Assembly: GCA_045545475.1 (NCBI GenBank)
Contig: JAZQAZ010000024.1
Location: forward strand, 1 to 62,749
DNA length: 62,749 bases
From: Clostridia bacterium
Lineage (GTDB): Bacteria > Bacillota > Clostridia > CAKSNL01 > HGM11501
Direction: 5' to 3'
The first letter of the stretch is position 1. Each line of letters opens with the position of its first letter. Under the pieces are notes generated by a model that worked only from the letters and a program-made list of their open reading frames with translations, was not told the DNA's origin and ran no database searches. Positions 1 to 10,900 of this stretch are shown piece after piece. A program made the translations under genes and the position numbers.

Positions 1-5
1 GCGCA

Positions 6-113
6 GTTTTGGTTTAGGGATTTTTCGACTCAGAGAAGCATAAAAAATGCAGGTATACTGACGTATATCTGCATTTTTTTGCGCACTATCAGCGAAAAAT
101 AACAAGCCAAAAC
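6..113. repeat. Long imperfect inverted repeat (REP/MITE-like intergenic hairpin)
   Basis: Nested arms gttttggttt/aagccaaaac, atttttcg/cgaaaaat and aaaaaatgcaggtatac/gtatatctgcatttttt around a 4-nt loop; may extend past the window edge. Confidence 0.65.
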
Positions 114-158
114 CGGTTTCTCCCTAAGGAGTACCGCCCAACGGCAGTGCTTTTTCTT

Positions 159-3083
159 TTATTTTTTAACGTAACCGAGCGATACCATTTTATCATAAAG
201 AATCTCGCTTAAAGCGTCATAGCCGCGATCATTAAAGTGGCCACGGTTGTTTTTGCCTCTCAGGAAATCAAGCGGAATTCTCTCAAGGTCAAAATCTGTC
301 TCGTTTTTGTCGTTCTTCACGATTTCCCAGCGTTTTAAGGTTTCTTCTGAAATCATAACCTCTCTTACGACAATACACTTATCACCGAATGCTTCCTTAT
401 ATGCCTCCTCATATGGAAGGAGTTCTTCTTTTGTTCCTTCAACAGGAGTAAGTATAATATAGCTTTCTCCGCATCCCGCAGATTCAATCATATCTTTTAA
501 TATCTTTACAAGCTCCTCAGGACTTTCTCTGTGAAGGGATGCATTTGCAAGTGTAAATATACCAATATTAGTGGATTTTTCAGCCGCCGCAAAATTAAGT
601 TTTGTTCCCTTTGTAAGCTTAACTTCTCCACCGGATGATTTTATAAATCTTACTTCTCGAAGTTTTCTTGGAGACACCGTATAATCAACTGCGAATGACA
701 ATATTCCGGAAATGTCGCCTATCGTGCATTTGTTCCAACCGCCAAGTCCGCTTCTGGGAACGATTTCACGTCCGTCGGAAAGAGCAATCTTTATGGGTGT
801 TCCTCCGGATGCAGACAACGTTACATCTTCTGCAAGAACTACATCATATGCTCCCTGACGGGCCGCAACGGTTAAAGCATTTTCATTCTCTCCGCCAAAG
901 GCCGTAACCTTTATACCTCCGGTCAATTGGTATAAGTTTTTATCAAGGGTTTCTGTTGCAGCTCCGGCAGATGCGGCAACACCGTCACCCCAGATACCTA
1001 TGCTCTTTTTATACTTAATCTTTACTTGTCTTGTTTCGCCGTTCCATTCCACCTCTGAACCCATTGCTTCAGAAATAAATCTTATGGGAACCATGGTGGA
1101 ATTATTAATGATCTTCGGTGAACTGTCCAAGATTTTTACTCTTCCGTTTACCATGGCACGATTTGAATCTATCTTAAGTTCAATCTCCATGTCATCTCCG
1201 GAAATGCTTACCTTACGTTCTTCCGCATTCCATGAAACCCTCGCTCCGAGAGTTTCCGAGACAAATCTCACAGGAACCAGTGTTCTTCCGTCCATAATAG
1301 TAGCAGGACTTACAAGCAATACTTCTTTTCCGTCATTATCTGCAACCTCAGAATCAATTGTAAGAGTAATTATTCCACCTGTTTTTTCATTGAACTTAAG
1401 ATATTCTTCAACATTTACAGCGTATGCCTCTTCACCTTTTATAATTTCAAGTTCGGCACCGGTGCCATGGCTTCCGCCATAGCATTTAGTCATTCTGTAG
1501 CATATTGTCTTAACTTTTACGTCATCAAAGGAAATTGTTTGTTTGCTCCTGTCAGAATAGCCTGTTCCGTAGTTATACTTTCCGTCTCCCAAAAGAACAT
1601 ATCTGAAGCCGTCGGCAGAACCGTAAACCTCTGCAGCATCAACTATTCCCGTTGTTCCCGCAGGACGTGGCGTATAACGTACACCGGAAATCGTAACCTC
1701 TTCGGGGAAGGTAATAAACACATCATAGGGTGCATCGGACTGCTCTGTCACAACACCGTCTACCGCCTTATACCAGGAGTGCCATCTTGTATCCGGGTTT
1801 CTGTCAAAAAAGCTTGCCAGATTTCCGGCACTTGTTGCAGAGTTTGACTCAATAACCCATGAAGAGCTATAAGGAATAGTATCTGCTTCAGGAGTTCCCT
1901 TAGGAGTCACGGAACTAGCTTTAATATTCGGAACCGAGAGCGTTACCGCCTCTTTAGATTCAACATTAACAGGGGTAAGCTCTCCGGATGACTTACCCTT
2001 TAATATCTCAAGCTCGGCTCCGGTTGCATACCCTCCTGCACCACCTGTAATTCTCACAAGAATAGCCTTTACTTCAGCTTCTTCAAATGCTGTTTTTTTA
2101 CTACTTCTATCTGTTCCGCTTGCATAACTATATACATCCGAGGCAAGCTTTGTAAAGTTTTCGCCGTCCTTACTTCCGTAAAACTCAATATGGGATATAC
2201 GGCCTGAGTTGCTGTCCTGTCTTGGAGTATAACGTATGCCCGATACCCACTTTGCATAAGGAAATTCTATGGTAATCTCAAGAGGCATTTCATCCCTCTT
2301 TGTTATTTCCTTTTTCGCTCCGTCATAATAGTACCAACTGTGCCAGTAGGTTGTTTTATCTCGGTCAAAAAGGTTGTTTATTCCGCTATTTCCGAAGGAA
2401 GAGCTTGCCGTAATTTTCCAGTTGGTGCTGTATTCATAAGCGTCTCTTGCCACCTCTCCCTTTGGCTTCATACCGTCAACGATTGCGACATGCTCCTTTG
2501 ATACAGAGGTGTTTTTCGTTTCGTCATCGTCCTTGTCCTCAGGACTGCTTTTTATAAACTTAAGCTCCGCACCGGTGCCGTAACCTGCGTGACCGTCAGT
2601 TATCACAAACTTAAAAGCTTTTGCCGTCACCTTATCAAACAAGGTAGTTTTTTCTTTTCTGTCATTCACATCTTCGCCGTAAAAATCGTCTTTGATGTGA
2701 GTAAAATTAACGCCGTCGGCAGAATAGTAAAGTGAAACTCTTTTCGCAACTCCGGCACTGCTGTTGTCGTTATTTATCACCTGTCTGGGAAGATAGCGGA
2801 TTCCCGCAATATTTTTAGGTGTCGGGAATGTAACGACAATTTCAAAAGGAGGATTATCCCGACTTATAATCTGACCGTCTTTCACCACATAAGCAGAATG
2901 CCAATATGAATTTATATTGCCGTCAATTAAATTTCTTATTGTACTGTCTCTGTCCGAGTTAACCTCAATTTTCCACAAAGACGAAGGTGCATACTCATCC
3001 GTTGCCGCCGTAACCGCACTCACCAAAGATAAGGAGAGAAGTGCTATTAACATTAATGATATTATTTTTTTCATATACATCAC
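159..3083 (-). CDS. Secreted protein: three F5/8 type C (discoidin) domains, copper amine oxidase N-terminal domain, C-terminal SGNH-like domain
   Basis: Signal peptide; three repeats of WHS.Y...GIRY.PR...G.GAELE; GRTLVPVRFVSE and STMVPIRFISE motifs; WGDGV...GHFNDRGY at the C-terminus. Confidence 0.85.
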   Translation of the reverse strand: MMYMKKIISLMLIALLSLSLVSAVTAATDEYAPSSLWKIEVNSDRDSTIRNLIDGNINSYWHSAYVVKDGQIISRDNPPFEIVVTFPTPKNIAGIRYLPRQVINNDNSSAGVAKRVSLYYSADGVNFTHIKDDFYGEDVNDRKEKTTLFDKVTAKAFKFVITDGHAGYGTGAELKFIKSSPEDKDDDETKNTSVSKEHVAIVDGMKPKGEVARDAYEYSTNWKITASSSFGNSGINNLFDRDKTTYWHSWYYYDGAKKEITKRDEMPLEITIEFPYAKWVSGIRYTPRQDSNSGRISHIEFYGSKDGENFTKLASDVYSYASGTDRSSKKTAFEEAEVKAILVRITGGAGGYATGAELEILKGKSSGELTPVNVESKEAVTLSVPNIKASSVTPKGTPEADTIPYSSSWVIESNSATSAGNLASFFDRNPDTRWHSWYKAVDGVVTEQSDAPYDVFITFPEEVTISGVRYTPRPAGTTGIVDAAEVYGSADGFRYVLLGDGKYNYGTGYSDRSKQTISFDDVKVKTICYRMTKCYGGSHGTGAELEIIKGEEAYAVNVEEYLKFNEKTGGIITLTIDSEVADNDGKEVLLVSPATIMDGRTLVPVRFVSETLGARVSWNAEERKVSISGDDMEIELKIDSNRAMVNGRVKILDSSPKIINNSTMVPIRFISEAMGSEVEWNGETRQVKIKYKKSIGIWGDGVAASAGAATETLDKNLYQLTGGIKVTAFGGENENALTVAARQGAYDVVLAEDVTLSASGGTPIKIALSDGREIVPRSGLGGWNKCTIGDISGILSFAVDYTVSPRKLREVRFIKSSGGEVKLTKGTKLNFAAAEKSTNIGIFTLANASLHRESPEELVKILKDMIESAGCGESYIILTPVEGTKEELLPYEEAYKEAFGDKCIVVREVMISEETLKRWEIVKNDKNETDFDLERIPLDFLRGKNNRGHFNDRGYDALSEILYDKMVSLGYVKK

Positions 3084-3089
3084 TCCCCC

Positions 3090-5093
3090 TTACTTTGTAA
3101 CGGTTACAGGATTTGTAGTAAGTGTTCCGCTTTTCACACCCGGATTTTCGCTTGTCTTCATTCCCGAAACAACAGCATAGTATGTTCCGCTTTCCGAAGG
3201 AGTAAAGCTCATTCCGTAAGCACCTATAACTTCCGAGGATTTCTTTTTATCCTCGCTCATCTTATACCACTTGAAGCCGGAGGCAACACCGCGAAGCTCA
3301 ACCACCAGTGTGCCGTTTTCTTCTTTTAACGTGGCACCCATTAAGTTGCTTTCGTCAAAAAGGCCCTTGACATTATTGCTTCCTGTCCAGTAGTTTATTC
3401 TGTTTTGCATCCACTCTCTGTACTTGTTAAGTTCACTTTCCCAGATATCATTCTTCTTCCAGCGTTCAATATCCATGGCAACGGAAATTTTATAAGCTTC
3501 TGCCATTTGATTAATTGAAATTCCGTTATTTGCGAATGTAGGTTCTCCCAAGAAAGAATCAATCAGCGGAAGAAAATCCTTTTCGTTTATGTCATAAAGC
3601 CTTTCCATAAAGTCACCTTTGGTTATGAGTGTTTTACCCAGACCTGTGCCGACAATAAGCGTGTTATAGGGATTATAATCCTTTGTGGCACCGTTTCTTA
3701 TCCATGCATAGCTTGCCATCACGTTTTCATAGTCCCACATAGGTCCGAAATAAAGCAATGTATCGTTTCCTGCGGGCTTCGATATATATGTGGAGTTACC
3801 AAGCTGTTCACGGCAGTAGAAGAAGTTTTCCAAAATAAAACGGGATGCCATGGAATCCATGTCGATATATTCTGAATAGTGCTTGCCTTTATCATTATAT
3901 CCTGACGCAGAATATACAGCATTTTCATAGTCCTGAACATACTCAGCAATATAGGCAACCTGCTCTCTTGTGGCAAACTCAGGACGCTTTACCGTGTAGC
4001 CTCTGCCCTGCTTTGTTACAAACCAGCAGTTTTCTTTCTGGTAATACCCGTCACCCTCAACGATATATCCACCCGTAATGTCCGGTTCATCAACCTGATA
4101 AGCCGCAGAAGACCAGTATGCATAAACCTTGACACCTGCTGCAATGGCACTGTCATTTTTATCCGTTACCTGAACCTGTGCACCTAAAGGACCGTCTGCA
4201 GTGAAATCCTCCTGGTCGGGAATATCCACAAGGGATGAACCAGTGTCAATCTTTTCTGTTATTTCGTAAAGCCCTCTATAATCCCCGTTACAGTAAAATT
4301 CTATCATCCTCGTATGTACGGGATAGTAGTTTCCGGGCATTTTTGTTGCCGCCTCTAAAACCATCTGATTTACGAGATAGGTTTCGTCCTGTTTGGATGC
4401 AGAGCTATTTAAAAGACAATACTTTTTGCCTGCTCCTGCTCCCGGAATAATATCGGCCTTGTCCTCAAGTGTAATGTTGTAAGGCTTCTTGCCTGTCCCT
4501 CCGCCACCCCAGGTTGCATTACCTCTGCCTTTGATTTTCTTAAGGCCGGCATTATACAAAACCTTTCCGTCAACATCAATAATAAAGGCTGTTCCGGCTT
4601 CCTGGTTTCCCTTAATGGAGTTAACATAGTCAAGATTACCTGTAGGCACTGTAAGGAAAATAGTCGGAAGATTTTCAGACTTCATAATATTTATGTAGGC
4701 AAGCTTTCCTGCGTTATTGGAAACTATTGCGGGATAGCGATAATTTTCAATGGTGCAGCCTGCGAAAAGATACTTAAGGTCAACAGCATCACCGCTTTTA
4801 AAAGTTGTCGCTTTTCCGCCTCCCTTATCTGCCTTTAACTTAAGTTCTCCGTCTCCTTCAAAATAAAGCCTTACCTTGGACATATCGGTTGCACTTGGCA
4901 AATAAAGATAGCCGTCTCTAAGCTTTATGTGCGACGTATTTGCTTCGCCTTCCTTCGCTGAGGCAACCGCCTCGTCGCTTATTACAGCATACAAGCTGTA
5001 AGGATCGGCATCCGCTGCGGATACAGCACTCACACAAGCTAAAATAAGTGTCATACACAACAGAATAAGCATGATTTTTCTTATGGTTTTCAT
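3090..5093 (-). CDS. Secreted CotH kinase-family protein
   Basis: Signal peptide; KGRGNATW, KKPYNITL, YRGLYEITEKI and GPMWDYE motifs; GGAGG RBS. Confidence 0.85.
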   Translation of the reverse strand: MKTIRKIMLILLCMTLILACVSAVSAADADPYSLYAVISDEAVASAKEGEANTSHIKLRDGYLYLPSATDMSKVRLYFEGDGELKLKADKGGGKATTFKSGDAVDLKYLFAGCTIENYRYPAIVSNNAGKLAYINIMKSENLPTIFLTVPTGNLDYVNSIKGNQEAGTAFIIDVDGKVLYNAGLKKIKGRGNATWGGGGTGKKPYNITLEDKADIIPGAGAGKKYCLLNSSASKQDETYLVNQMVLEAATKMPGNYYPVHTRMIEFYCNGDYRGLYEITEKIDTGSSLVDIPDQEDFTADGPLGAQVQVTDKNDSAIAAGVKVYAYWSSAAYQVDEPDITGGYIVEGDGYYQKENCWFVTKQGRGYTVKRPEFATREQVAYIAEYVQDYENAVYSASGYNDKGKHYSEYIDMDSMASRFILENFFYCREQLGNSTYISKPAGNDTLLYFGPMWDYENVMASYAWIRNGATKDYNPYNTLIVGTGLGKTLITKGDFMERLYDINEKDFLPLIDSFLGEPTFANNGISINQMAEAYKISVAMDIERWKKNDIWESELNKYREWMQNRINYWTGSNNVKGLFDESNLMGATLKEENGTLVVELRGVASGFKWYKMSEDKKKSSEVIGAYGMSFTPSESGTYYAVVSGMKTSENPGVKSGTLTTNPVTVTK

Positions 5094-5132
5094 GTTTTTC
5101 CCTCCTTAAAAAAATACATTTCCCTTATTTTA

Positions 5133-5161
5133 ATTTTACCACATATAGTATGCAGTGGCAA
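5133..5161 (-). promoter_or_regulatory. Sigma-A promoter for the cotH-like / F5/8 operon
   Basis: TTGCCA-17 nt-TAAAAT with extended -10 TG on the minus strand. Confidence 0.6.
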
Positions 5162-5205
5162 GAAAAAAATCAAAAAATATTAATATATTTTGACTAAATA
5201 AATAG

Positions 5206-5234
5206 TTGCATTTAAATCTATTTAGTAGTATAAT
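5206..5234 (+). promoter_or_regulatory. Sigma-A promoter for the murA operon
   Basis: TTGCAT-17 nt-TATAAT. Confidence 0.7.
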
Positions 5235-5293
5235 AAATTAGATAGAATAAGATTATTATGTCTGTTGACATATTTTATACAGGAGAATGATTT

Positions 5294-6550
5294 ATGGAAA
5301 AACTTGTAATCACAGGCGGAATTCCATTGGAAGGAACCGTTGATATAAGCGGTGCAAAAAATTCAGTTCTTGCAATACTCGCAGGAACACTCTTAGTAAA
5401 CGGTGCATGCCGTATCGAAAACATTCCAGATATCAGCGACGTTTCCGTTATTTTAAGTATGATAGAATGTTTCGGAGCAAAAATTGAAAGGCCCGACAAT
5501 CATACAATAATAGTGGATGCTGAAAATATAACCTATGCCGTTCCCGACTATGAGCTTGTAAGACGTATCAGAGGCTCTTATTATTTGATAGGTGCACTCT
5601 TAAGCCGTTTCAGAAAGGCAGAAATCGCCATGCCCGGCGGCTGTAATTTCGGAACACGCCCCATCGATCAGCACATAAAAGGCTTCACAGCTCTCGGTGC
5701 CGATATCGACGATTCAAGAGGAGTTATAAAAGCTACTGCCGAAAATCTTGCCGGAAGCTCTATTTACTTAGATAAAGTAAGTGTTGGTGCCACAATAAAC
5801 ATTATGCTGGCAGCATGTAAAGCCGACGGAGTAACGGTTATTGAAAACGCAGCGAGAGAACCTCATATCGTAGATATGGCAAACTTTTTAAATTCCATGG
5901 GTGCAAACATCAAAGGTGCAGGAACAAACAGAGTTAAAATCAAAGGTGTTTCCGACATGAAGGGCGGCACATACCAGATAATTCCAGACCAGATTGAAGC
6001 AGGAACATTTATGATTGCCGCAGCAGCAACGGGTGGAAATGTTTTAATAAAAAACGTCATTCCCAAGCACATGGAATCTCTCACAGCAAAGCTCATTGAA
6101 GCCGGTGCCAAAGTTACCGAGCTTGACGATGCGATAAGGGTTGAAGGAACAGGCAAGCTTAAAGCCACAAATGTGCAGACCATGCCTTATCCCGGCTTCC
6201 CCACCGATCTTCAACCTCAGATGGTTGCTCTTTTAACAATTGCCGAGGGCTTAAGTGTTATGGTGGAAGGTGTATGGGATAACCGCTTCCAGTATACGGA
6301 CGAGCTTATAAGAATGGGTGCCAAGATTAATGCTGCAGGCAAAATGGCTACAATTCAGTCTGTTCCCAAGCTTTACGGTGCTCCCGTCAAAGCAACTGAC
6401 CTTCGTGGAGGTGCCGCAGTTGTAATTGCCGGCCTTATGGCTGAAGGTGTAACCGAAGTTACCAATATCACATTGATTGACCGCGGATATGAAAAATTCG
6501 AAGAAAAGCTTCGCTCTCTCGGAGCAAAGATAGAGCGTGTAGAAGAATGA
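5294..6550 (+). CDS. murA: UDP-N-acetylglucosamine 1-carboxyvinyltransferase
   Basis: ISGAKNS, PGGCNFGTRPIDQH (catalytic Cys), PYPGFPTDLQ, ATDLRGG motifs. Confidence 0.97.
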   Translation: MEKLVITGGIPLEGTVDISGAKNSVLAILAGTLLVNGACRIENIPDISDVSVILSMIECFGAKIERPDNHTIIVDAENITYAVPDYELVRRIRGSYYLIGALLSRFRKAEIAMPGGCNFGTRPIDQHIKGFTALGADIDDSRGVIKATAENLAGSSIYLDKVSVGATINIMLAACKADGVTVIENAAREPHIVDMANFLNSMGANIKGAGTNRVKIKGVSDMKGGTYQIIPDQIEAGTFMIAAAATGGNVLIKNVIPKHMESLTAKLIEAGAKVTELDDAIRVEGTGKLKATNVQTMPYPGFPTDLQPQMVALLTIAEGLSVMVEGVWDNRFQYTDELIRMGAKINAAGKMATIQSVPKLYGAPVKATDLRGGAAVVIAGLMAEGVTEVTNITLIDRGYEKFEEKLRSLGAKIERVEE

Positions 6551-7302
6551 GTTTTCATCTTGCCACAATAGCCAGCGGGAGCAGCGGTAACTCCAATCTT
6601 ATCATTTCGGAAAATACACTCATCATGTCGGATTGCGGAATAAGTGGCAAAAAAGTTTTTGCAGGCCTTAACCATTTAGGTCTAAAAGCTCCCGATGCAC
6701 TATTGCTCACTCACTCTCATTCAGACCACGTTAAGGGTGCATACATACTTGCAAAAAAATTCGACATTCCTATTTATGCCACAAAAGAAACCTTCAGAGA
6801 CTGTTCTTTTATTCCCGGAGAATACATGAAAGAAATTGTCCCGGGAAAGTCTTTTAATATCTCAGGTGTAAGCGTAATGCCATTTCAGGTTTCCCACGAC
6901 ACCGCTTCATCTGTTGCTTATACCTTTTCAAAAGACAACACCAAGGTTGCTGTTATGACCGATACAGGTGTTGTAACAGAAGAAATGTATTCTCATCTTA
7001 AGGGTGCAGAAAGTATAATTATCGAATCTAATCACGACGAAAAAATGCTTATGGAAGGCCCGTACCCTTACTTTTTGAAAAGACGAATTTCAGGCGACAA
7101 AGGCCATATGTCAAACAACCTTTGTGCCGCTATTGCCAAAAGACTATTAAACGACGGGACAGAGCATTTTATGCTTGCCCACTTAAGCGAACATAACAAC
7201 ACAGAAACCCTTGCATTTGGGGCAAGCACTGAAGCACTTTCAGAAACCGGTCTTTCCTACACCTTAAAAATTGCCAAAAAGGACGAACCTTCTGTCCTTT
7301 GA
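6547..7302 (+). CDS. MBL-fold metallo-hydrolase (YycJ/WalJ-like)
   Basis: ASGSSGN, THSHSDH, ESNHD, YPYFLKRRI, GHMSN, AHLSEHNN; ATGA overlap with murA. Confidence 0.92.
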   Translation: MSFHLATIASGSSGNSNLIISENTLIMSDCGISGKKVFAGLNHLGLKAPDALLLTHSHSDHVKGAYILAKKFDIPIYATKETFRDCSFIPGEYMKEIVPGKSFNISGVSVMPFQVSHDTASSVAYTFSKDNTKVAVMTDTGVVTEEMYSHLKGAESIIIESNHDEKMLMEGPYPYFLKRRISGDKGHMSNNLCAAIAKRLLNDGTEHFMLAHLSEHNNTETLAFGASTEALSETGLSYTLKIAKKDEPSVL

Positions 7303-7317
7303 GAAAGGATTATAACT

Positions 7318-7938
7318 ATGCAAAAAATCACAGTAACTTTCATATACGGAAAAGACGATACCAGGAAACTGAAATATCGTCTTACAGGTGACGTTCCGAT
7401 AGGTGTTATGCTTGAAAAGCTCATCGGCTTTCAGTTTATCGTGGACTCGGCAGATCCCAAAACCTTTAACGTCTTGCACAAAGGCATTCAGATTGAGGAC
7501 TTATCAAAAACCTTCGAAGAATGCGAAGTTATTGACGGCGATGAAATTTATCTTGTCCCCACAGTTTTTGAGCCCATCCCTCCCCTTCCTGAAAACGATG
7601 CTCCCTTAAAGACGATTCCTGCAAAATCAAAAGATAAGACTGACTTTTCAGAATCAGAACATCATCAGCATCACCACAGACAAAACCAGAATCGTCAGGG
7701 CGGAAACCGAAACAATTCTCCCCACGGAAATTACAGACGTGGAAACCATCAGCAGGGACAGCAAAAAAAGCAGGGTACTTCTCAGGGCGAAAAAAAATCA
7801 CAAGGACAAAAATCTGTACCGCAGACAGCACCTCAGACAGAAAAAAAGGATGCTCCGATTCCCTTTAAGCCACATTCCAGAAACTTCCACAGAAATCACG
7901 GAAGAAAACCCGGAAATACTCCTAATAAATCAAACTGA
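7318..7938 (+). CDS. Ubiquitin-like (YukD/EsaB-like beta-grasp) domain plus disordered Q/H/N/G/R-rich tail
   Basis: First ~80 aa follow the beta-grasp pattern ending KGIQIEDLSKTFEECEVIDGDEIYLV; the rest is low complexity; AAAGGA RBS. Confidence 0.7.
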   Translation: MQKITVTFIYGKDDTRKLKYRLTGDVPIGVMLEKLIGFQFIVDSADPKTFNVLHKGIQIEDLSKTFEECEVIDGDEIYLVPTVFEPIPPLPENDAPLKTIPAKSKDKTDFSESEHHQHHHRQNQNRQGGNRNNSPHGNYRRGNHQQGQQKKQGTSQGEKKSQGQKSVPQTAPQTEKKDAPIPFKPHSRNFHRNHGRKPGNTPNKSN

Positions 7939-7939
7939 T

Positions 7940-7976
7940 AAAAAAGCATTTGAACTAAAAGTTCAAATGCTTTTTT
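7940..7976. terminator. Bidirectional intrinsic terminator
   Basis: aaaaaagcatttgaact-aaa-agttcaaatgctttttt between convergent genes. Confidence 0.9.
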
Positions 7977-7979
7977 CTT

Positions 7980-10900
7980 TTACTCCATATCAAAAAGTGA
8001 TGTCTGGCTACTTTCAGAAAGTCCCTTCAAACAACCTGCATTGGCAAGCAAATCCGTTATTGCCTTACCGACATGTGCTCTCTGGCGTATATCCTCAACA
8101 GAGAAGAATTCTCCTCCCTCTTCTCTAGCTTCCATAATCTGCTTTGCCGCAACAGCTCCAAGATTTGCAATTGATGAAAGCGGCGGTATTATTCTTCCGT
8201 CTTCTCCCTTCAAAAACTTTGAAGCATGAGATTTGTATAAATCCACAGGAGCAAATTCTATTCCTCTTGCATACATTTCACGGCAGATTTCAAGAATAGT
8301 CTGAATATTCTTTTCACGTGTGGATATAGCCTTTCCCATTTTTTCATATTCTTTTATCTTGTCATTGGTGAAATCATATCCTTTGGTCATAAGCTCATAG
8401 TCAAAGTCATCAGCACGTACAGTATAATATGCAATATAATACTCCGTAGGTCTATGCACCTTATACCATGCGATTCTGAATGCATTTGTTACATATGCAG
8501 CCGCATGAGCCTTGGGGAACATATACTTAATTTTAAGACACGAATCTATGTACCATTCAGGAACATCATGTTCTCTCATCATGTCCATCCATTCGTCTTT
8601 AAGGCCTTTACCTTTTCTGACGGACTCCATTATTTTAAATGCGTCGCCGTTGGGAAGGCCCATTGCAATTAAGTACGCCATAATATCGTCTCTTGTACAA
8701 ATACAGCTGTTCAGCGTACAGGTATTTGAATTTACAAGATCCTGGGCATTTCCGAACCAAACGTCAGTACCATGGGAAAGTCCGCTTATTCTGATAAGCT
8801 CGGAAAATGTCTTGGGCATTGTTTCAACAAGCATATTTCTTACTATTCTGGTTCCGAATTCCGGGATACCGTAAGTTCCCACAACGCTGTCTATCTGTTC
8901 AGGAGTTACGCCAAGTGCCTCGGTTGATGAAAAAAGACTCATAGTTTCCTTGTCATCAAGCTGAATGTCCTGTACCTTCGTATCGGTTAAATCCTCAAGC
9001 ATTCTTATTACCGTCGGATCGTCGTGTCCCAGTATATCAAGCTTTAAAAGGTTATCGTGAATCGAATGGTAATCGAAATGCGTTGTTGTTACGTCACTGT
9101 CAGGGTCATCCGCAGGATGCTGAACCGGTGTAAAGTCATGAATGTCAAGTTCCTTAGGACATACTATAACTCCGCCGGGATGCTGTCCGGTTGTTCTCTT
9201 TACGCCGGTACATCCAAGCTTAAGTCTTTCAACCTCAGCTTCCCTCACTCTTACATTACGTTTTTCGAAATATTTCTTAACATAACCGTATGCTGTTTTT
9301 TCCGCAACTGTTCCGATGGTTCCTGCCTTAAACACATATCCTTCTCCGAAAAGCTCTCCCGTATATTTATGTGCCTTTGTCTGATAATCTCCCGAGAAGT
9401 TAAGGTCAATATCCGGCACCTTATCGGCGTTGAATCCCAGGAAAGTTTCAAAGGGTATGTCATGGCCCTCCTTCATAAGCTTCGTACCGCACTTGGGACA
9501 CATTTTATCCTCCAGGTCACAACCTGAAAGACCGGGTGAAACCTTTGGAAATTCAAGATATTTACACTCGGGGCAAAGATAGTGTGCAGGAAGTGAGTTT
9601 ATCTCCGTAATGCCTGATAAAAACGCAACAAAGGAAGATCCAACAGAACCTCTCGAACCAACTATATAACCGTCATCGTTGGACTTTTTAACAAGCTTCT
9701 GTGCTATCATATACATAACATCATAACCGTTATTTATGATGGGGTTAATTTCACGTTCCAGTCTGTCCTGTACAAATTCAGGCAAGGGATCGCCGTAAAG
9801 GCGATGTGCCTTTTCATAACAAAGACGCTTTAAGTCCTCCGCACTGTTTTCGATTGTAGGAGGATAGTTTCCGTCCTTTATCGGAATGACATCCTCTATC
9901 ATATCGGCAATTTTATTGGTGTTTTCAACAACCACTTCATACGCTCTGTCTCCGAGATACTTAAATTCTTCAAGCATCTCTTTAGTGTTTCTGAAATATA
10001 ACGGTGGCTGATTGTCAGCGTCATCAAAACCTTTGGAATCCATAAGTATTCTTCTGTACACTTCATCCTCGGGATCCAAAAAGTGCGTGTCGCATGTGGC
10101 AACAGTAAGCTTTCCGAGCTTATCGCCCATCGCAAGAATTCTCTTATTGTATTCTATAAGCTCTGCTTCGCTTTTTACAATACCTTCCCTTATCATGAAG
10201 GCATTGTTTTTAAGTGGCTGAATTTCAAGATAGTCATAATAGGATGCAATAGTTTCAAGCTCCGACTCGTTTTTACCGTCCACCATTGCACGATAAAGTT
10301 CTCCCGCTTCACAGGCAGAACCCACAATAAGTCCTTCTCTGTATTTTGTAAGAAGACTCTTGGGGATTCTAGGCGTTCTTCCAAGATACTTAAGATGCGA
10401 CTCTGTTATTATTTTATAAAGATTTTTTATTCCCTTGAATTCCTTTATCAAAATAATTACATGATAGCAGTTTTTAGTTTTTCTTACATCAATCTGTCCG
10501 CCCAATGTCACATTAATATCCGTAACGTCCTTAATACCCAAAGCTTTCATTTTTCTTAAAAATTCGCTCCATATAGCACCTGTTACCTCGGCATCATTAA
10601 CTGCTCTGTGATGGTTGGGGTTTTCGATATTCAAGTGATCTGCGATTATGTTAAGCTTATGTTTTTTAAGTTCTGGAAGAAGTGCCTGTGCAAGAATAAG
10701 TGTGCAGATTATGGTGTTATCAAATACAAGGCCATTTCTCTCTGCAGCTACTTTTATAAATCCCGTGTCGAACTTTGCGTTATGGGCAATAACCGGTGCT
10801 CCGTCACAGAAATTCAGAAAAGCCTCTATGGCTTCTCCTTCAAGCGGTGCTCCGGCAACCATTTCGTCGGTTATTCCCGTAAGCTCGGTGATATTAGACG

